Positions 54,566 to 57,908 of a stretch of DNA of 57,908 nucleotides are shown here, piece after piece. This stretch comes from an uncultured Eubacteriales bacterium (GTDB lineage: Bacteria > Bacillota > Clostridia > Oscillospirales > Acutalibacteraceae): contig CATJNB010000057.1 in NCBI GenBank assembly GCA_949741605.1, positions 1 to 57,908 of the forward strand, written 5' to 3'. Made by a program: the position numbers and the translations under genes. How positions within the stretch are numbered: the first letter of the stretch is position 1; each line of letters begins with the position of its first letter. Under the pieces are notes generated by a model. That model made no database searches, was not told where the DNA came from, and was given only the letters and a program-made list of their open reading frames with translations.

Positions 54566-56194
54566 CTATCTAGTGAAATAAGACGTGTTACGTACTGCAC
54601 TTCCACGTGCCCGTATTCCTTTCTGCACATCAATACGTATGGAGGCGTGTGTACCTCCAATTTCATAAACAATATAGCAAGTCCCTGGATTCTTACCCGT
54701 CACCTGAAAATTTCCCGTGGGCAACTGCTCGAGCTGTGCGACCGAACCAGTGCGGGAATCGTAGACTTTTAAGTGTCCCGATGTCACAAGCCCACGCATT
54801 TCAGCCGCTGTCAACTCCTTGCCGGTTTGATTACGAATCACGGACCCAATCGTATATTGGTTGCCCGGTGCCATTTTGTATTGGGCGGTATCCAGCGTGA
54901 TCGACCCTCTGGAATAAATCGTGGGCACTGTGCCAGCGGGTTTGACCTCCACTTTCATGGTGGCGGATGCCCCTTTGTACGTCACCTGAACCTCGGTTTT
55001 CCCAACAGCCTTGGCGGTTACCTCATATCGTGCGCCCCGGCTGTCATTACGGTCTTTGAGCTTGACACTCGCCACCTTGGGGTCACTCACGCTCACTTTT
55101 AGATTCTTGGTATCCTGATTCCCCTTAACCAGAAATTGATACGTCCCATCCACCGCCATTTGCACTTCCTTACTATCCAGCAAGGGCGCTTTCCCCGTAG
55201 AGGTATTATCCCCGCTTTTCACAACCCGCAATTCATATTCGCCGCTCGAAATTGGGATCTCGTCCACGGAATAATAATACGTCTTTGCTGGCTTGCTGGG
55301 CTTTTCCGCTTTGGATGTTTTATTTGCCGCTGCTACCACAGGTTCCGCATCTGGACGGTATGCACCTGCTACCACCGGTGTACTCGAACGCTTTACTTTC
55401 AGGTCTTTGGCTACCAGCATATCGTCCGCATACAGTTCCAAGGTTTTATTGGCAAACGATTCACTAACAGTCAGCTTCATTTTAGGTGAAATTTTTGACG
55501 GAATCTCCTTGACATCAAAAGTGATAACGGAACCAGATTTTTTTGTGGTTTCGCTGATGCTGACGTCAAAGCAAAGGTCCTTTTTGGAACGTATTTCTTT
55601 AATCTGCGCGCGCGTATAGGTAATGGTGTACGGCTTGGAGCCTTTGACCGCAAACGTGATCTCTTGAATTTTACTGTTCTCTTTGAGGACATCCTTGAGT
55701 ACCCCAGCCGACACCTTCACGCTCCCGGATTGCAACTTGATTACCGGACGGGCCCCTTTCTGATCTTCCAGCATTGCCCGTACTTTGTTGTCGTCCGCGA
55801 CCCCGTCCGAGCCTGCGGTTAAGGTTTCCGGTACAACCACTTTGTTGACCGTCACCGTACAAGAGGCAGTCTTGCCGCCTGCTGTTGCTGTAATGGTAGC
55901 TTCTCCTGCTGCTTTAGCCGTGACCGTACCTTGCTTGTCAACGGACGCAATTTTAGCATCACTGGTACTCCATGTCACCGTCTGATCCTTCGCATTTGCC
56001 GGTGCCACCGATGCAGACAGCTTTGAAGTTTTCCCCACTTCCAGTGTCAGCGTTTTCGGGCTAACCGTCACGCTTTGCACACTGCTTTCCGCCTGTGCAG
56101 CAGACACACTCCATCCATTTATCACAGGTACGCCTGTGGCCATTGTTATCACTAGGGCTGCCGCAATGACCGTTTGTAAACTTCTCTTTTTCAT
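54566..56194 (-). CDS. Secreted protein with an N-terminal bacterial Ig-like (Big_2) domain
   Basis: Signal peptide ending SAAQA. The Big_2 motif is VTVSPKTLTLEVGKTSKLSASVAPANAKDQTVTWSTSDAKIASVDKQGTVTAKAAGEATITA. Confidence 0.8.
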   Translation of the reverse strand: MKKRSLQTVIAAALVITMATGVPVINGWSVSAAQAESSVQSVTVSPKTLTLEVGKTSKLSASVAPANAKDQTVTWSTSDAKIASVDKQGTVTAKAAGEATITATAGGKTASCTVTVNKVVVPETLTAGSDGVADDNKVRAMLEDQKGARPVIKLQSGSVKVSAGVLKDVLKENSKIQEITFAVKGSKPYTITYTRAQIKEIRSKKDLCFDVSISETTKKSGSVITFDVKEIPSKISPKMKLTVSESFANKTLELYADDMLVAKDLKVKRSSTPVVAGAYRPDAEPVVAAANKTSKAEKPSKPAKTYYYSVDEIPISSGEYELRVVKSGDNTSTGKAPLLDSKEVQMAVDGTYQFLVKGNQDTKNLKVSVSDPKVASVKLKDRNDSRGARYEVTAKAVGKTEVQVTYKGASATMKVEVKPAGTVPTIYSRGSITLDTAQYKMAPGNQYTIGSVIRNQTGKELTAAEMRGLVTSGHLKVYDSRTGSVAQLEQLPTGNFQVTGKNPGTCYIVYEIGGTHASIRIDVQKGIRARGSAVRNTSYFTR

Positions 56195-56238
56195 TACTGT
56201 TTCCTTCTTTCCTATTTTGGATCATATTCCCTAGTGTT

Positions 56239-56267
56239 ATAGTAAAAAATTTAAAATGTGTTGTCAA
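56239..56267 (-). promoter_or_regulatory. Promoter TTGACA-17-TACTAT for the Big_2 gene
   Basis: Read on the minus strand: perfect -35, 17-nt spacer. Confidence 0.5.
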
Positions 56268-56339
56268 GTGAAATCTTCCCGAATTTGGATTTTCAGCATT
56301 TTATATTAGAGTTTTCCTCTTTTTCTATGCATCTTTCCC

Positions 56340-57419
56340 CTACTTTTTCTCCACTTCCACCCGGAAATGATCCTCAAACCCATCCAGTGAAGCGGTCACA
56401 GTTGTGGCTCCTTCCTGTTTGGCACGCAACGTAAATAAATATCCGTTGATGTCCTGACCAGCGTATTCCACCTCTACAATTTTGGTATCCCCTACGGCGA
56501 TATTGGGCTGGCGCAGGCTCCGGCATAAAAATGTGTGGGTATCCCCAACCCGGCACCGGTATAATGTCAGATCCAATTGGCACCCAAGGCTGGCCCGGAA
56601 ACTCCGCACCTGCCCATTGACCCGTGCGGAAATGGTTGTCATCCCCTGCCCAAGCGCCTCGATATCGTAGAGATACCCCCGGCTGTCCTGTCCCCCATAT
56701 TTCACTGGGAACAGCACTTCATTTGAACTGTAGACCTCTGGCCGTTCTGTGGATCTCGCCAAAAACCGATAGGTTTGCCCAACCCTGTGGAAAATATACT
56801 CCCGGGTATCCAGGGTAAAATCTTCGCGGTATTGTTTATAGGCAACGTCCGTATCGACTGCCCCGGAAATCCCATTGACCCGTCCATTGGACGAAGTCTG
56901 CTGGATAGCACAGGAATAATGCGGCGTACTGTTATAATCAGCCAGCCATAAGTCATAGCCTGCCAGCTTTGCCATATCATACCGGTTGCGGACAAAATCT
57001 AAATTGGCGTACACCCCTGCCTGATACCCGCCGGCTTCGATCTCCCGCAAAAATGCCTGCGCTACCTTAGTCAAACGTTCCCGGCTGAGCTTGCCTGCTA
57101 ACCGGTCGCTGTCATATTCATAATCGAAAAAAATCGGGTACGTCAAGGAATAGCCTCGCACGAGTTCCAAAGCGCCCCGTGCTTCCTGACGCGCCGCGCT
57201 TTCTGTGCCCGCATAACTGAAATGGTAGGCTCCAACCCGAATACCTGCCGCAAGTGCGCCCCGCATATTCTCATGGAACCGGCGGTCAATTTGATTGCGG
57301 TTTACCAGCGTGTCCCCGTAACCAGTACGGATAATCACAAATTTGATCCCCGCATTTTTTACCTTCTTCCAATCAATTTCTCCTTGGTGTGTACTGACAT
57401 CAATTCCCGGTACACTCAT
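56340..57419 (-). CDS. GH25 muramidase (lysozyme) with two C-terminal repeat domains
   Basis: GIDVSTHQGEIDW, FVIIRTGYG, GAYHFS and WLADY motifs. I saw no signal peptide. The C-terminal ~150 aa is an internal duplication. Confidence 0.88.
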   Translation of the reverse strand: MSVPGIDVSTHQGEIDWKKVKNAGIKFVIIRTGYGDTLVNRNQIDRRFHENMRGALAAGIRVGAYHFSYAGTESAARQEARGALELVRGYSLTYPIFFDYEYDSDRLAGKLSRERLTKVAQAFLREIEAGGYQAGVYANLDFVRNRYDMAKLAGYDLWLADYNSTPHYSCAIQQTSSNGRVNGISGAVDTDVAYKQYREDFTLDTREYIFHRVGQTYRFLARSTERPEVYSSNEVLFPVKYGGQDSRGYLYDIEALGQGMTTISARVNGQVRSFRASLGCQLDLTLYRCRVGDTHTFLCRSLRQPNIAVGDTKIVEVEYAGQDINGYLFTLRAKQEGATTVTASLDGFEDHFRVEVEKK

Positions 57420-57638
57420 CTATCTCTCTCCTTCATGAATATTTTTCTATCCCCCTTCTTATTCTATGCCTGCTCACACACTTACGACCCTCCTTTCAAA
57501 TCGAATGATGCAATCATTCCACAATATTAGCCGTCCATATAAATCATCACACAGCGCCTCTTGTATTGCTATTTTTTACAAAATTTTCTCTGTAGGATAG
57601 TATTCCATAGCCATTTTTAAAAAAGTTTTCAAAAGTAA

Positions 57639-57667
57639 TTGACAAAATTTTTTTTTTTGTTATAATA
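57639..57667 (+). promoter_or_regulatory. Perfect consensus promoter TTGACA-17-TATAAT for the tRNA genes
   Basis: Both hexamers are perfect, ~48 nt upstream of tRNA-Gln. Confidence 0.7.
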
Positions 57668-57715
57668 GTATCTGTTGCAAGGATTTCTGAAATTATAGAA
57701 AGAATATTCTTCATT

Positions 57716-57789
57716 GTGGTATTGTGTAAAGGTAGCACAGCAGACTCTGACTCTGTTTGTCTGGGTTCGAATCCTAGTACCACAGCCAA
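57716..57789 (+). tRNA. tRNA-Gln (anticodon CUG), CCA encoded
   Basis: Acceptor TGTGGTA/TACCACA, anticodon arm GCAGA-CTCTGAC-TCTGT, T loop TTCGAAT, then G-CCA. Confidence 0.9.
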
Positions 57790-57832
57790 CTTTTACTTTG
57801 CCTCCGGTCTTTTGTACCGGGGCACTTTTTTC

Positions 57833-57908
57833 GAGGTGTGGCTCAGTTTGGTAGAGCGCTACGTTCGGGACGTAGAAGCCGCAGGTTCAAATCCTGTCAC
57901 CTCGACCA
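57833..57908 (+). tRNA. tRNA-Pro (anticodon CGG), CCA encoded; ends at the window edge
   Basis: Acceptor CGAGGTG/CACCTCG, D arm GCTC..GAGC, anticodon arm CTACG-TTCGGGA-CGTAG, T loop TTCAAAT, then A-CCA. Confidence 0.92.

Noticed and set aside
57547-57789. 80-aa minus-strand ORF
   Set aside because: It is antisense to tRNA-Gln and runs through the consensus tRNA promoter, so it is spurious.
1-57908. CRISPR arrays, IS elements/transposases, integrases, toxin-antitoxin or restriction-type defence genes
   Set aside because: I saw no short-period direct repeats with spacers and no DDE, serine or tyrosine recombinase motifs in any frame. The only tandem repeats are the coding LRRs and the tRNA-Gly duplication.

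Overview
This 57.9-kb chromosomal window looks like a Clostridia (Oscillospiraceae/Ruminococcus-like) genome; a dockerin protein, fabK-type FAS II and gatCAB support that inference. I found no CRISPR array, transposase or clear prophage. tRNA genes bound the window: tandem tRNA-Gly(GCC) on the left, tRNA-Gln(CUG) and tRNA-Pro(CGG) on the right. Most of the window is housekeeping: a DnaD/DnaC-like replication pair, prfB, galU, rpsF-ssb-rpsR, a 10-gene accBCDA-fabHKDGFZ operon, aspS-gatCAB, nfo, a PAP2 phosphatase and transporters. Two regions look accessory: a four-gene polysaccharide locus (2.5-8.7 kb) and cell-surface genes (dockerin protein, Big_2 protein, lipoprotein, GH25 muramidase). The best candidate for an undescribed system lies at 31.8-43.9 kb. 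It encodes an acyl-CoA ligase, two paralogous acyl-CoA dehydrogenases, two extra Cys-His-His ketosynthases, a dienoyl-CoA/enoate-reductase-type flavoenzyme, an MBL-fold hydrolase and two LysR regulators. It has no ACP, KR or DH, and a 36/38-nt conserved palindrome-bearing element precedes both ACAD operons. Other leads are a Wzx flippase fused in frame to an LRR ectodomain with an internal SD+ATG, an 89-aa protein carrying an NrdD-like glycyl-radical motif next to an iron-sulfur flavoprotein, and a ~180-nt structured leader upstream of a Na/Pi-PhoU transporter. All calls come from reading the sequence and translations by eye; no searches were run.
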